Shown here piece after piece: positions 48,601 through 59,432 of a stretch of 64,000 nt of DNA. The DNA lies in assembly GCA_013265495.1 (NCBI GenBank), contig MU061814.1, positions 2,023,680-2,087,679 of the forward strand, written 5' to 3'. Under the pieces are notes generated by a model that had not been told where the DNA came from, did not search any database, and was given only the letters and a program-made list of their open reading frames with translations. Within the stretch, counting starts at the first letter, position 1. Every line of letters starts with the position of its first letter. The position numbers and the translations under genes were made by a program. Source of the DNA: Vicugna vicugna. Taxonomy: Eukaryota.

Positions 48601-49719
48601 CTTCAGCTATGATTTATCATCATCAGATCGGCAGCTAAGCAGTAAAGGAAGCAGGAAGCCCTGCTCCCAGCACCGCAGAGGAACGAAGCTCTGGAAAGGG
48701 ACAGCCAGAGTAGCTCCAGGTGCTGCCTGGAGCCATGGGGAGACATGAGGGTGTCCCCAGAGCTCTCAGAGTACAGTCGTGGCCCTCAGGCCACCCCTGC
48801 GGCTCCTCTCTGCTGCTTCCTTATTCCTCCAGCAGTGACTTTTCTCCCAGCCGCTGAGTGGCAGCTCCTCAGGGCACTCCTGGGACTTAGCCCAGGTCCT
48901 GGCACGGGCAGCGGCTCCGCGAACGCTTGCAGAGAGAGCCAGTGAGCTGTAGCCAAGCGGGGCCTGGTCCCTGGAGGCAGCTGAAGCCGCAGGGCAAGCG
49001 GGGGACGGGTGGGTCAAGCAAATTAAAACAAAGACCATTTGACCAGAAGGATCTTCAGACGCTTAGTTAACCACATGACCTTCCCCCGGGCAGGGAAGTT
49101 AGAGGACACTCCAGAGTGAAATCTGTTTTGTTGTAAGGGATGAAAAACTACCACAAACAAAACTCAAGTGGGATTCAAATCATCGTAAGATTCTTTCTCT
49201 CTCTCCTTCCCCCTTCTCCCCTCTGCACTCTGCACCCCAGCCTCAGTTTTTTCCCACAGCATTTAGGCATCTTCTCTGTGAGGCGGGGGTGGGAAGAGGG
49301 TGGGGAGCAGTCGCTGCAGGGGCGGGAAGAGAGGGGACAGGCCACAGGCAGCTCTAAGTTTTCCTTACCCCAGGCACAAAAGGGACGAGTTGTCATCCCA
49401 GCCTGGTGTCTGCTTATAAAATCTCAGGGAAGGACTCTGAGCGGCCCTGCTTACATCACGTGTCCTCCTGCAGGCCCAATCACTGCCGCCAGGAGAGTGA
49501 AGCCTGGGGAGGGGGCTGGAGTGGGGCAGTCGGATTGGCTGCTACCCCAGAACCACTTCAAGCACCAAAGGGGATGGTCCTTAGGTTTCAGGAGCTCAAG
49601 CTTTCTCCTCTCTCTCACGGGGTCTCAGCCCTGAGCTCGCTGATGCCTCAGGCCAAACCTGGGAAGCAGCGATGAGAACAGCAGAGGACATTGTCTGCAC
49701 GGCGGCGGGGACACGGGGT

Positions 49720-50170
49720 GTCCTCTGCCAAGCCCAAGGCAGGAAGGCTTGTGTGTTGGGCTGCACAGAGCTACCCAAACTCACTAAGGACCTCCCACTG
49801 AACTCAGAATAAGGTCCAAACTCCCGACCCCCACCTGTAGGGCCTGCCTGGCCCAGCCCCTGAGGACAGCCTCTGCTGTCTCCAGGTGGGGGGGGGCTCC
49901 ATGTTTCACTTGGGTCTCTGCTCAGATGCCACCTTCCCTGACCACCTGCCGAGAGAACTCCCTGACCCCACACCTCCCTTTATATGTTCCCATAACACTT
50001 GTCCCCGCCTGAAAATCTCCTGGTTTCTTTGTTTACTGGACTGGAAGCTTCCTGAGGTTGGAACTGAACTGTCTTGTCCCTGCTGGGTCCCCTGAGCCTG
50101 GCACGAAGCCCAGGGCATAGAAGAAACTCAATAAATAGTTGCTGGTTGAATGAATGAACGAATGAATGGT
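49720..50170 (+). mobile_element. L2 3' fragment
   Basis: ctctgctcagatgccacc..gactggaagcttcctgagg..gcctggcacg..aaactcaataaatagttgctggttgaatgaatgaacgaatgaat. Confidence 0.8.
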
Positions 50171-51799
50171 CATTCAAAGCTGTCTTGCCTTAAGCCTCAC
50201 CAAACAAAGGATGGAAGATGCTTGCCTGGTGCCACCCGGTGAGTTAATGAATGTATGTTGTAATCTTGTGGAGCAGAACATGGAAACCGGCTCCCTCCTC
50301 CCCGCCCTACCCAGCGATCCGCCTTCCCTTCCAAACTCTCTGTCTGACCCTCTGTCGGCAGAACCCCAGGCAGCCGGGCCTCTCTGGGGAGCAGAGCCCT
50401 CCGTGCGGCCAGCCCAGCTCCATAAAGCATCTCCGGGATAACGGATCATCGCAGCACTTGCACGCCCACTCAGGCTCAGTGTTTGTGACTCCAAGCTACA
50501 TCCAAACCCTTCAGAGGCGACACCTCTATCCTCGGCGCATGTGCCCCTCTGACCAGAATCCTTCTCAAGTGCCTCGTTGCAGGCGCATGGACACCCTCTG
50601 CTTCCAGTCCCAACAGCCACCGGAAGAGGGGTCGCGGCTCCTCACCCGCCTGCGTTACGGAGGCCGAGGCCGGGGAGCCTCATTCACACTTGGAAATCAG
50701 AATTGGTCCTTTTCCCTTGCGTTCAGACTTACTTTTCTTTTCATACAGTGGTTGGGCTTTTCTCCTCCTGAGAGCTGGGACAAGAGAGGCTGGGGAGGAA
50801 GGAGCAGGGGAGAGTGAAAGCGCAGGACAGACCGTCCCCTGACCCCAGCGCGGTGCGCGGTCTCTGACTGGAGCAGTGATGGATCATTAAGCCCAGACTG
50901 AGGACAGGCTCGGGAGGGAGGCTTCCGGGGCGCTGCGGGGACAGGGGGCGGGAGCTTGCTTTCTTCCACAATAAGATTCAGAGAATAATGTTAATTGTTA
51001 CCTTAGGTGTGTGGAGTGTAGACTCTTTGTGAAATAAGAGAAGCGTTTTTTTCACTGTGACTAAGGAGAGCATGATGGGTGTGTGAAGGCTAGAACTTTC
51101 GAGCTCCTTACACTGAAGCTCGGTGAAGCCATCAAGCACATTCCCTGCAAATTGGCACCTTCAGTTCAAGCCTCCACATCTTTGTGGCGCAGTCGGGGTC
51201 ATAACCACCCGCGCTGAGAGAAAGGCACGCTGGCTGGCAGGGGCCGCTCACCGTACAAAGCATTCTTTGGTTAAAAAAAAATGTATACAATAAAAAAGAA
51301 AATTGTTTAAGCTTAAAAACTAAAAGAAAGCAGTTGGCTCCCTTGTTGAAAGGTTTTGTAAAGCAACAGCAAGAGGGAAAAAAAATAAAAACTAAAAACT
51401 CGATGGTCCCAGAGTGCTGAGAGAGGGCCAAAAATATTAATATCCAGGAACATGGCAAACCTTCTGCAAGCTGTAAACACTGCCTTCGTTTCCCACGTAT
51501 AATCAACAAGTCTGTTTTCTCCCTCAGCTCTCCCTTCAAACTTCCTGTTGGAAATCTATGCTGCAAAACACTTTTGCCAAATAAAATCAAAGCATCAGGG
51601 GAAGAAGTTGTGTCCATGAATTTTGTGTTTCAAATATCATAGGGAGGAGGTTTCAACCCCTAGAACCAGGACAGAAGGATATGGATCTATATAAAGCACA
51701 GAAAAACAGACCACCAGAAATAAAAAAATAAATAGAATTTCATCTATGTGAATGCATTCATTCGCTGAGCATGGTAGGCACACTGATGAAGACGTTCAC

Positions 51800-51952
51800 A
51801 GCGGGTAGGGTAGTCACATAAGGTACAGGACACCCAGCTGAATTTAATAAACAATAAATAATTTCTTAGTATAAGTATAGTATAGGTATGCTGTAAGAAA
51901 TCCAAATTTAACTGGAAGTCTTGTATTTCCATATGCTAAATCTTGCAACCCT
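51800..51952. mobile_element. MER53 MITE, internally deleted
   Basis: tacaggacacccagctgaattt..aaataatttcttagtataagtat..aaatccaaatttaactgga..cttgtatt..gcaaccct. Confidence 0.75.
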
Positions 51953-52939
51953 ACTGATAGAAGGTGCTGGTGGTTATGCTAATTAAGGATTAATAATGCA
52001 CACTCCAACTTGACAGCGAGTCCAGGCTCTGTTCACACTTAATTGAAGCAAGTCGGTCCCCATCAGTCAGGAAGGAGCCTTCAGGAAAGTCCAGGGAGCT
52101 GGCATCTCGGGGTCCTGCATGATCTCGGTCTTCTACCAGCTCCGCCTGCCTGAAGCACAGCAAGGAGAAACCTCGCCTTCTACAGACGTCACCTTGGAGA
52201 AGCCAGAACTGAGCTGCTTTCCCGCCTGCTGTTTGCTGATCAGATTCAACCCGCACAGCTAAGCTTCAGCCACTCGGAACTCATCCAGAGAGAAGAGGAC
52301 TGGTCAAGGAGACAGGAAGACCAGGATATGTTGACTCCCCCACCCTCCTGCAGGGTCCTACTCCTGGGAATGTGGAGCCATCCTCTAAGGAAAAAGTTTA
52401 TGGTAAGACTGGGGGGAGGGCTTTGGGGTTTGGTTCAAATCCTTTCTCTTCCACTTATGGTTTGAGCCAGTTTTTCCTTCTGTGAAACGGTCACAAATGA
52501 ATCCCTCCTACACAAATTTCATGAATCTCCATGAAGTCAGATTGTGGGAAGCATCCAGCCAGTGAATGCTGGCGCCATGATGGTCACTACGTCACTGCAG
52601 GGGCCTCAGGGCAGGGCCCGGGGAGCAGTCCCAGGAGAGTGTAGGGCTGGTTCCTCTCTCACGTTTCAAGAAAGAAGGAACCCTGCCTTCCAGCCCAGTC
52701 CCCTGACCGTCCACAGCCTCATCTTCAAAACTGACATCTTCAAGAAGCCAACCCCAGTTCCACTCAAAGCCCCATTTCCATCTGCCCACACTGTCCCCGG
52801 GACTTTTGTGTTTGTCTCTTGGGCTGAGGACCCCCTCCCGAGCAAAGGCTACCAGCATGCCATTCCTTGGGTGGCACTCTCCATTCCTGGTGAGGACCAG
52901 TCCTCCAGCCACTGTGTGGAGCCCTTTTCATTTGCTCCT

Positions 52940-53815
52940 CACAGCCTCCTAAGATCCCTATCAGCTCATGTTACAGGTGAGGAAACTGGGGCTCAGAGAG
53001 GTTACCCGGCTTGCCCATGATCACTGAGATGGTCCACAGCGGAGCCAGGATTTGAGCCCACATCCAATCCCAAAGCCTGTAAACTTAACCACCATTCTCT
53101 ACCTACTCCTCACCCCGGACCCGTCCTCCAGGGTGCCCTGTGCAGATATTTCTAAGGAGAATGGGCAAGACTGGCAAATTCCTCTTTATCCTTCAAAACC
53201 CCACTCACTCATCGCCTCCTCTGCACTTTTCTGCCTCATCTGGGGCTCGCTCATGCTTTTATCTTGTAGGCTGCATTATCATGTGGCTGCATTCATACCC
53301 ATGTCCCCTTCTTAACTGAACTCCTAGAAGACGTGCTTGCTTTTCCATTTCTGCACCTGACACTTTCCAGAGAAACTTCCAGCTGCACCAGCCTCCTTAG
53401 TGGTCTTCAAACACCCCAGGCTGGTTCCACCTCAGGACCTTTGCCCTGCACTTCCCTCCTCCACGGAGAACTCCTCCGATCCCTCTGTACGGGGCCCTCC
53501 CTCACCAGATCTGTGTGCAGACATTCCGTCCACAGAGAGGCCTTCCCTGATCACCAACTTAGAACAGTCCCTTCCAAACCCCTTCATTTGACTCTCCTTT
53601 AGCCTCCTTCCCTGATTTCACTTCCTGGGCAGCACACGTCTCTCCCTGGCATTGTGCTGTGTGCCTCTGTTTATCTGTCTTCATTTGCTTCATCGTCTGT
53701 CTTCCCTCCAGGCGAGCCAGCCCCAGGAGGGCAACGACTCTGTCCGTCTTGTTCCTTCCTGCAACCCCGGGCATGTGGGAGGTGCCCAGCAAGCATCTGT
53801 GGAATGAACGAACCC
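52940..53815. mobile_element. MIR (52940-53090, -) and L2 (53370-53815, +)
   Basis: ttacaggtgaggaaactggggctcagagaggtt, and ccacctcaggacctttgccctgc..aggccttccctgatcacc..gtggaatgaacgaac. Confidence 0.75.
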
Positions 53816-53858
53816 TTGGTGTCCGGCACATGGACACTCAGTAAACGAATTTATTCTT

Positions 53859-54017
53859 CTTTTTTTTCTGTTTTGAGAAGAGGGAGGCAATTAGGTTTAT
53901 TCATTCATTCATTCATTTATCCATGTATTTATTATTTTTTAACGGAAGTACTGGGGATCCAACCCAGGACCACACGCATGCTAAGCACACACTCGACCAC
54001 TGAGCTATACCCTCCCC
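53859..54017 (-). mobile_element. Camelid vic-1-type SINE with probable TSD
   Basis: gtactggggatccaacccaggaccacacgcatgctaagcacacactcgaccactgagctataccctcccc. Flanking aatttattctt at 53848-58 and 54025-35. Confidence 0.92.
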
Positions 54018-54989
54018 TGCTACAAATTTATTCTTAATTAGTCATTTTAACAGAATCATCTTAGAAGCATCCCAGAAGAGCTGCACTTTGCCTGCTCTGC
54101 AAGATGGCTCCTCTTTTCTTCCCAGCCATCCACTATTCACAGTCCTTCCCAGGATACCTTCCCTCCCTTTGTAGGAATGGCGACCTCAGAGAAAAGGCTG
54201 GGAAGAAAACCCCAGGCGCACCTGGATACCTGTCCACCTGTGGCAGTCCAGCCCAGCGGGCCGGCTTGCTCAGCCATGGCCCTGGCAAGCTACACATTCA
54301 CTGCTGAATCCCCGTGGCTCCCACTTGAGCCCCTGCCTGCCCCCTCACTATCTGGGCTGGGGCAGCAGTTGGGACCATCCCAGTTCTAGCCCTTTACCCA
54401 GCATTTCCAGCAGCAATGTAGAGCATCACACACCTGAAATGTGGGGAACGTCATTGAGAGGGGAAAACACATCCTCCCAACACCCCCATCAAAGCACAGA
54501 CCTGCAGGTGAGGGAGGAGGCTAGGGATAGGGAGGTGGAGACACAAGCTGGGAGAGTCATTGGTACCCAGTGAGGAGATACAAGTGCCATGTCCTCTAGA
54601 GAGGTCTTGCTCAGTATCTGGGAGATGGCCTGTAGGTCAGCGGAAGCATGCTGCCTCCTCTCAGGCCCACGAGGCTCTGGACAGCCGCACATTCCGTGGT
54701 CGCCAGAGTAGAGGAACAGTCCCCGGCCCTATGCCGCTGATGCTCTTAGTGTTTTCTTTTTGACACATTTTTCAGTCCCAGACCTATGACAATGTGATGT
54801 GATGGAAGCCTGGGGGGTGGGGGTCAATGATTCAGTCAACAAACACCAATTGAGCACCCCAATGATGAGGGATTGGTGTCCATAGGCATAAACGAGATAG
54901 TGTGGGGTGCAGGGTCCGGGGTCCCGAGGCAATATTATCTTTGAATTCCACTTGGAGATGGTTATAAAGAATGGATGCCAACAGAAGGG

Positions 54990-55420
54990 CAGGCGTGTAT
55001 TCTCCACAAGCCACATGCGGGAAATCACAGCAGCATTGTCGTGGTGGCCCCAAACTCAACCCCCGTGCCCTCAGCATCAGAAGGGAACACTCTCCCGGAA
55101 TGGAAGTGAACACACTCCCGCTGCTCACAGAGAGATGGATGAACCTCTCAAATGTAGCACTGGGCCAAGAAAGCCAGGCAAAACCGACACGGGGATGATT
55201 CCACTTACACAAAGCTCACGTTGTGGTGAAACAAATCTCTGCCAAGAGAAGTCGACAAGGCGGAGCTGGGGTGGACTGGAACGTCCTATTTCTTAACCCA
55301 GGCGGTGGTTACAGGGGTGTGTTCTCCGTGACAGAATCCATGAAGCTCGGTACTCTAGGGTGGGTACACCTGGTGTGTATAGTTACGTGACAGGTCTAAA
55401 TTTTAAAGGAGAAGGCATAA
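54990..55420 (+). mobile_element. L1ME-type 3' UTR fragment abutting the CpG island
   Basis: cacagcagcattgtcgtggtggccccaaact..gatggatgaacctctcaaat..aagaaagccagg..gattccacttacacaaagctca. Confidence 0.7.
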
Positions 55421-55614
55421 GGTCTGGAGGTTTCCTCAAGGTTTTGTGCAGAGGAGGAGGCTGCCGCAGCCCGGTGCCAGGCAGGTGGGCTGGGAGACGG
55501 GCGAAGAGCGCAGCTGCGGACCGACTTTGGCAGCGGGCGCACGGACACAGCCCGCGAGAGCCCAGCGGCCCCAGCCCCGCCAGGAGCGGCGCCGTCTCCG
55601 CCTCCGCGTCCCGC

Positions 55615-55627
55615 GTTGCTTGGCAAC
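55615..55627. promoter_or_regulatory. RFX X-box GTTGCTTGGCAAC
   Basis: Near-palindromic X-box 86 bp upstream of the ATG of a motile-cilia gene. Confidence 0.8.
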
Positions 55628-55629
55628 CG

Positions 55630-55643
55630 GTCTCCCAGGCGAC
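55630..55643. promoter_or_regulatory. Second X-box-like site GTCTCCCAGGCGAC
   Basis: 14-bp imperfect palindrome with the GTYNCC-NN-GGYRAC layout, 2 bp downstream of the first X-box. Confidence 0.55.
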
Positions 55644-55712
55644 GCGAGACGCGGAGCCCAGGGCCGGAGCCCAGGGCCAGCGCCCGCGCGGCGAGCCGAG
55701 ACCCCAGGCCCC

Positions 55713-55780
55713 ATGGCACAGAAACCCATCGGCACGGAGGCAGCCGAGCGCATGAACCTCGTGGCGCAGGACGAGATCTG
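55713..55780 (+). CDS. CIMIP1: CIMIP1/C20orf85 coding exon 1 (MAQKPIGTEAAERMNLVAQDEI + TG of Trp23)
   Basis: ATG at 55713 (ccccATGG) inside a CpG island. The translation matches the recalled N-terminus of human C20orf85 (MAQKPLSTAAAERMNLVGQDEIW). Donor TG|GTAACG at 55781. 68 nt, phase 2. Confidence 0.95.
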
Positions 55781-56749
55781 GTAACGCCCGGGATTCGGTA
55801 ACCCAGTGGGCGGGGGCCGTCCCTACCCGACGTGCGCGCACCTGGAGGCCTCGCTTTTCCTCACCAAGTCCTGGAGGTAGTCCTCTGCACGCGAGGAGCG
55901 TGCGCTGGGGGTGGTCAGGGGATCCGCGGAAAGGGAGCGGTGTTCGGGACGCCAGGGCCACAAGAGAGCCTTTCTATCTTTCTCTTCTCTGATGCACACC
56001 ACAAAGGCCTGAAAGATTTTGCATCTGGCTTTACAACCCTCTGCAAAGCTTTCCTTGCTGAGAGCCGACTGATGTGTGCTTATTTTTAAGATTTATCAAT
56101 TTTTTTAAAAAAAAATCGTAATATTCAGTTCGAATGAGAGCTACATTCAGTTCGAATGAGAGCACTTTACATCCTTGCTTGTCTTGGTGTTTCAAGTAAC
56201 AAGAAATTTTATTGTAAAGAATAGATCAATTTTCTAAAAGATTTCTATTCAGTGGACATTTATAATGGATGTTTTTATTTGGCATTCTATCCCATTGCTG
56301 AATAGTATCCCGTCTCTTTGAAGTTTTAACCAATATGGGAAGTTACTAATTTAGATGCAAGTAAGTGAATATTAGCGCCAACAAACCATCACTAACCTTT
56401 TAAACTTCAGTTATCCTATATGTCATTGCTATGACTCTTACCATTTCCTTATAAACCCTGTAATAGTCACTTCATATTTTTCTTTAAATTGGCTTTATTT
56501 CACTTTAAAAAACTTATTTTTATAGGAAACTTTACATCACTCTTGAAAATGGAGAGCAAGTATTATTTGCCATAAAATACATGGCGATTTTTTTTTAATT
56601 CTTTATCCTAGTACCTGCAATAGGAAATACTACAATAGCAGGGTCTGTTCCTTCTGCCTAACATGCCCTTTTCTCCCTTCCCCACCAAACTCCTACTCAT
56701 CCTCCAAGACCCAAATCATACAGCCCCTCTTGTGTGAACAGAGCCAGTT

Positions 56750-56990
56750 AAGCCCTTACCCTGTTCTATCCCATGTCCAAAGTGGCTTTTGAGCACTTGA
56801 AATGTGACTATTCCAAACTGGAATGAGCTGTAAACATAAAATGTCAGATTTCCAAAATTTCATACGCCCAAAACGTGATACCAAAATTAAGTTTACCTGT
56901 ATATTTATACTTTTAAAAAAAATCTGGCTACTAGAAAATTTGAAATTACATATATGGCTCATATTTTTGGCTCATGTTACATCTCCATTG
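56750..56990. mobile_element. MER3/MER33-like hAT MITE in intron 1
   Basis: gtggcttttgagcacttgaaatgtgacta..ggctactagaaaatttgaaattacatatatggctca. Confidence 0.75.
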
Positions 56991-57772
56991 GAAAATCTCT
57001 GCTTTAGATGCTCAGTGCCCAGGGAAAGAGCTTGGCCAGGGCATCTGAAACTGTTGAGACATGGGGCAGGAGGTGGAGGGGGGAGCAGGGGGTGAGGTGC
57101 AGATATTTTTTCCAAAATAGGCAAGGAAATTTGAAAATCAAGGTGAATAAATGTTTACTTATATTTTTGCAAAATGTAACACACCTGCTCTTCAATTGCA
57201 ACTCCATCAGCTCACAGGTAGTTATATATAGATTATATTTAATGTGGAGCAAAAGCAGGGCCGGGTTAGGGTGGGGTGAGTGAGGCACCTGGGGTACAGT
57301 ATTTAAGGGGGGCTCGATCTTAAGGTCATGCAAGTGCCAGCTCTGCACTTGCAGGAACACGGGACCGGACATCTTAAATTTTCACTTCAGTGCCTCACTC
57401 CCTCTACCCTGGGCATTGCTCTGAAAACAGAGGTACGTCCATAATGCTTTAACACATGCCCATCACTGTGAGTCACAGGGGCCCCCCAAATAAGGAGTCT
57501 AGTACCTAGAGGACCCCTCATGCAGAATCAGCCCAGTCCTGTCTGCTCCCAGAGGTACCATCCAACCAGCATCTCTGGTTCTTAGACACGTGTCTGCCCC
57601 GCAGTGGTGAGACGTCCTCAGCGACAGGCACTCGCACTCCCTCCCCGGCACAAAATCATCATCCAGTCCGCGTGCGGTGAAGAGTGGAAAATCCTCCCCA
57701 GTGGACCTTTCAGGATTTGCGACTTTAACCCTTTTCGAATGTTGTCCAGCACTTAAGAGCTTTCTTTTGCAG

Positions 57773-57854
57773 GAAATATCGCCTGAAGGCTGAAAACGAA
57801 GCCCGGCAAAACTGGGCCCAGAACTGGGGATTTTTAACAACCCCCCTTGAGGAG
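57773..57854 (+). CDS. CIMIP1: CIMIP1 coding exon 2 (W-KYRLKAENEARQNWAQNWGFLTTPLEE)
   Basis: Acceptor tttcttttgcAG|G at 57771-72 and donor GAG|GTAAAT at 57855. 82 nt, so exons 1+2 total 150 nt (in frame). Matches recalled human KYRLKAESEARQNWPQNWGFLTTPFEE. Not in the ORF track. Confidence 0.95.
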
Positions 57855-58374
57855 GTAAATGTACATTTTATGAGCCCAGAAGTTATAGAATCAATCGTTT
57901 CTAAGAATAAACGGTTATGAAGTGTATAATTTGCAAGAATAAAATTAAGGAGCGTGTTGTCGGTGAAGGCGGCTGGCTCTGACCCCTGAAGGTTCCTGCT
58001 GTTCACGAGTTTCTTGAGAATGTGCCAGGCACGTTCTAGGTGCCTCCTCTGAACCAGCTCATTTAGTCCGCATGACGACCCCTGTGCAGAGGGGGGTGCT
58101 GTTGGATGCCCATTTTCCAAGTTAGGAATTTGAGCTCAAAGAAGTACAAAGTCACACAGTTAATAAAGGGAGGCACCAAGGGGAGAGCCATTCTAGCCAA
58201 TCCCAAGGTCGCTTGGCCTCAGACCTCCCATCTGTAAAATGGGGTGATGGTCCTCACTGCCTCACTGAGTGACTATGAGGTTCAGACGGAATGAGAGGAG
58301 AAGCCAATGAATACTTGAGGGATTGTTAGGAAAATGCTATGGGTATTTCCTGCACGAAATAGGTAACAGACACG

Positions 58375-58522
58375 GGGGAGAGGACCAGGTGTGTGTGGGG
58401 ACACCAGCAAAGAGACCACTGACCCCATCCAGAGGCAGCCAAGGGGAGAGGACCAGGTGTACTTAATAGGGTGTGGTGGGGACACCAGCAAAGAGACCAC
58501 TGACCCCATCCAGAGGCAGCCA
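58375..58522. repeat. Tandem duplication (67 bp and 80 bp copies) in intron 2
   Basis: Identical 18-bp (ggggagaggaccaggtgt) and 47-bp (58395-58441 = 58476-58522) blocks. Copy 2 is 13 bp longer. Confidence 0.95.
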
Positions 58523-59330
58523 CCACCAGCCCAGCTGAACGATCCCAGGTAAAGAAACTAGCTGCATATTCTGATTGTTCAGGAGAGTCCGGAAATCCAC
58601 ATGCTTTCGTGAAATCTTCTGAGTCTAGAATAGTGGCTCAGATTTATAAAACACCACACAGGTCCACGCAATGCTTGTGTGGGCTTCCCTGAGATGGCAG
58701 CTGGCGGTTTGCAACCTTTCAAACTACCCCCAGGACCCAACATGAGGAAGCCACATTTCTTTGGAGAGACGCAGAACTGCATAAAAGCCACATCATTCAT
58801 TCAAAACATTCATGATTCAAGGCAGCGTAAACCCATTTGTAATTCACCCCATCCCACTAGCTCTGAAATTATGCCATTCTTAAAGAGTTTTTTTAAATAC
58901 TTAGAGAGTTACGCAATTTGAAATGTTATGCATAAAATGAGTCCTTATTAATGTAATATGCAGAAGAGTCTATATTAATCTTCTTTATGTGTAATTAAAT
59001 CAGGTTTTCAAAGAGTTCAAAACTGCTTTAAAAATTAAAAGGTGGGGGATGGGCACTCTCCACTGATATTTTAAAGATTGGTCCTGGAACCTTGCTAGCA
59101 TTTTTTAGTTTGCGTCCATAACTTGTAAAGTGTTCTCAGATTACGTGCTGGGAATATAAATTGGCAAGAGCTTGGGGCTGAGCTGGCCTGAGTGCAAGTC
59201 CCCTCTCCGTCCCTTTTGTGATCTGAGCCCTGCCTCTGTCACCTCTAAAGTGTGTTGTTCTGGGGGGAGGATGAGAGGACACTTCCTCGGCCTCAGCCTG
59301 CGGGGCCCATCTCTGGGGATTGTGTTTCAG

Positions 59331-59432
59331 TTGATCCAGTGTGAGGAAGAGCCCAGCACCCCGAAGCCCAAAATCGAGCTTCCCGGGCGGTTCCACATCC
59401 GGCCAGTGACCCTGGTGGAGAAACACATCAAG
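59331..59432 (+). CDS. CIMIP1: CIMIP1 coding exon 3 (LIQCEEEPSTPKPKIELPGRFHIRPVTLVEKHIK)
   Basis: Acceptor tgtgtttcAG| and donor AAG|GTTTGA at 59433. 102 nt, phase 0-0. Lies within ORF-track entry 59172..59438. Colinear with recalled human LIKCEEDLPTPKPKIELPERFRIRPVTPVEKYIK. Confidence 0.95.

Larger units (their letters stand above)
55440..55960. promoter_or_regulatory. CpG island / CIMIP1 promoter and exon 1
   Basis: Dense unmutated CpGs and very high GC from ~55440 to ~55950, spanning the start codon. Confidence 0.9.

Noticed and set aside
55446-55712. Upstream in-frame extension of exon 1 (ORF 55446..55784) and the overlapping CpG-island ORFs on both strands
   Set aside because: Stop-poor GC-rich sequence, a non-ATG start, Arg/Ala/Gly/Pro low-complexity translation, and X-boxes inside it that imply a TSS further downstream.
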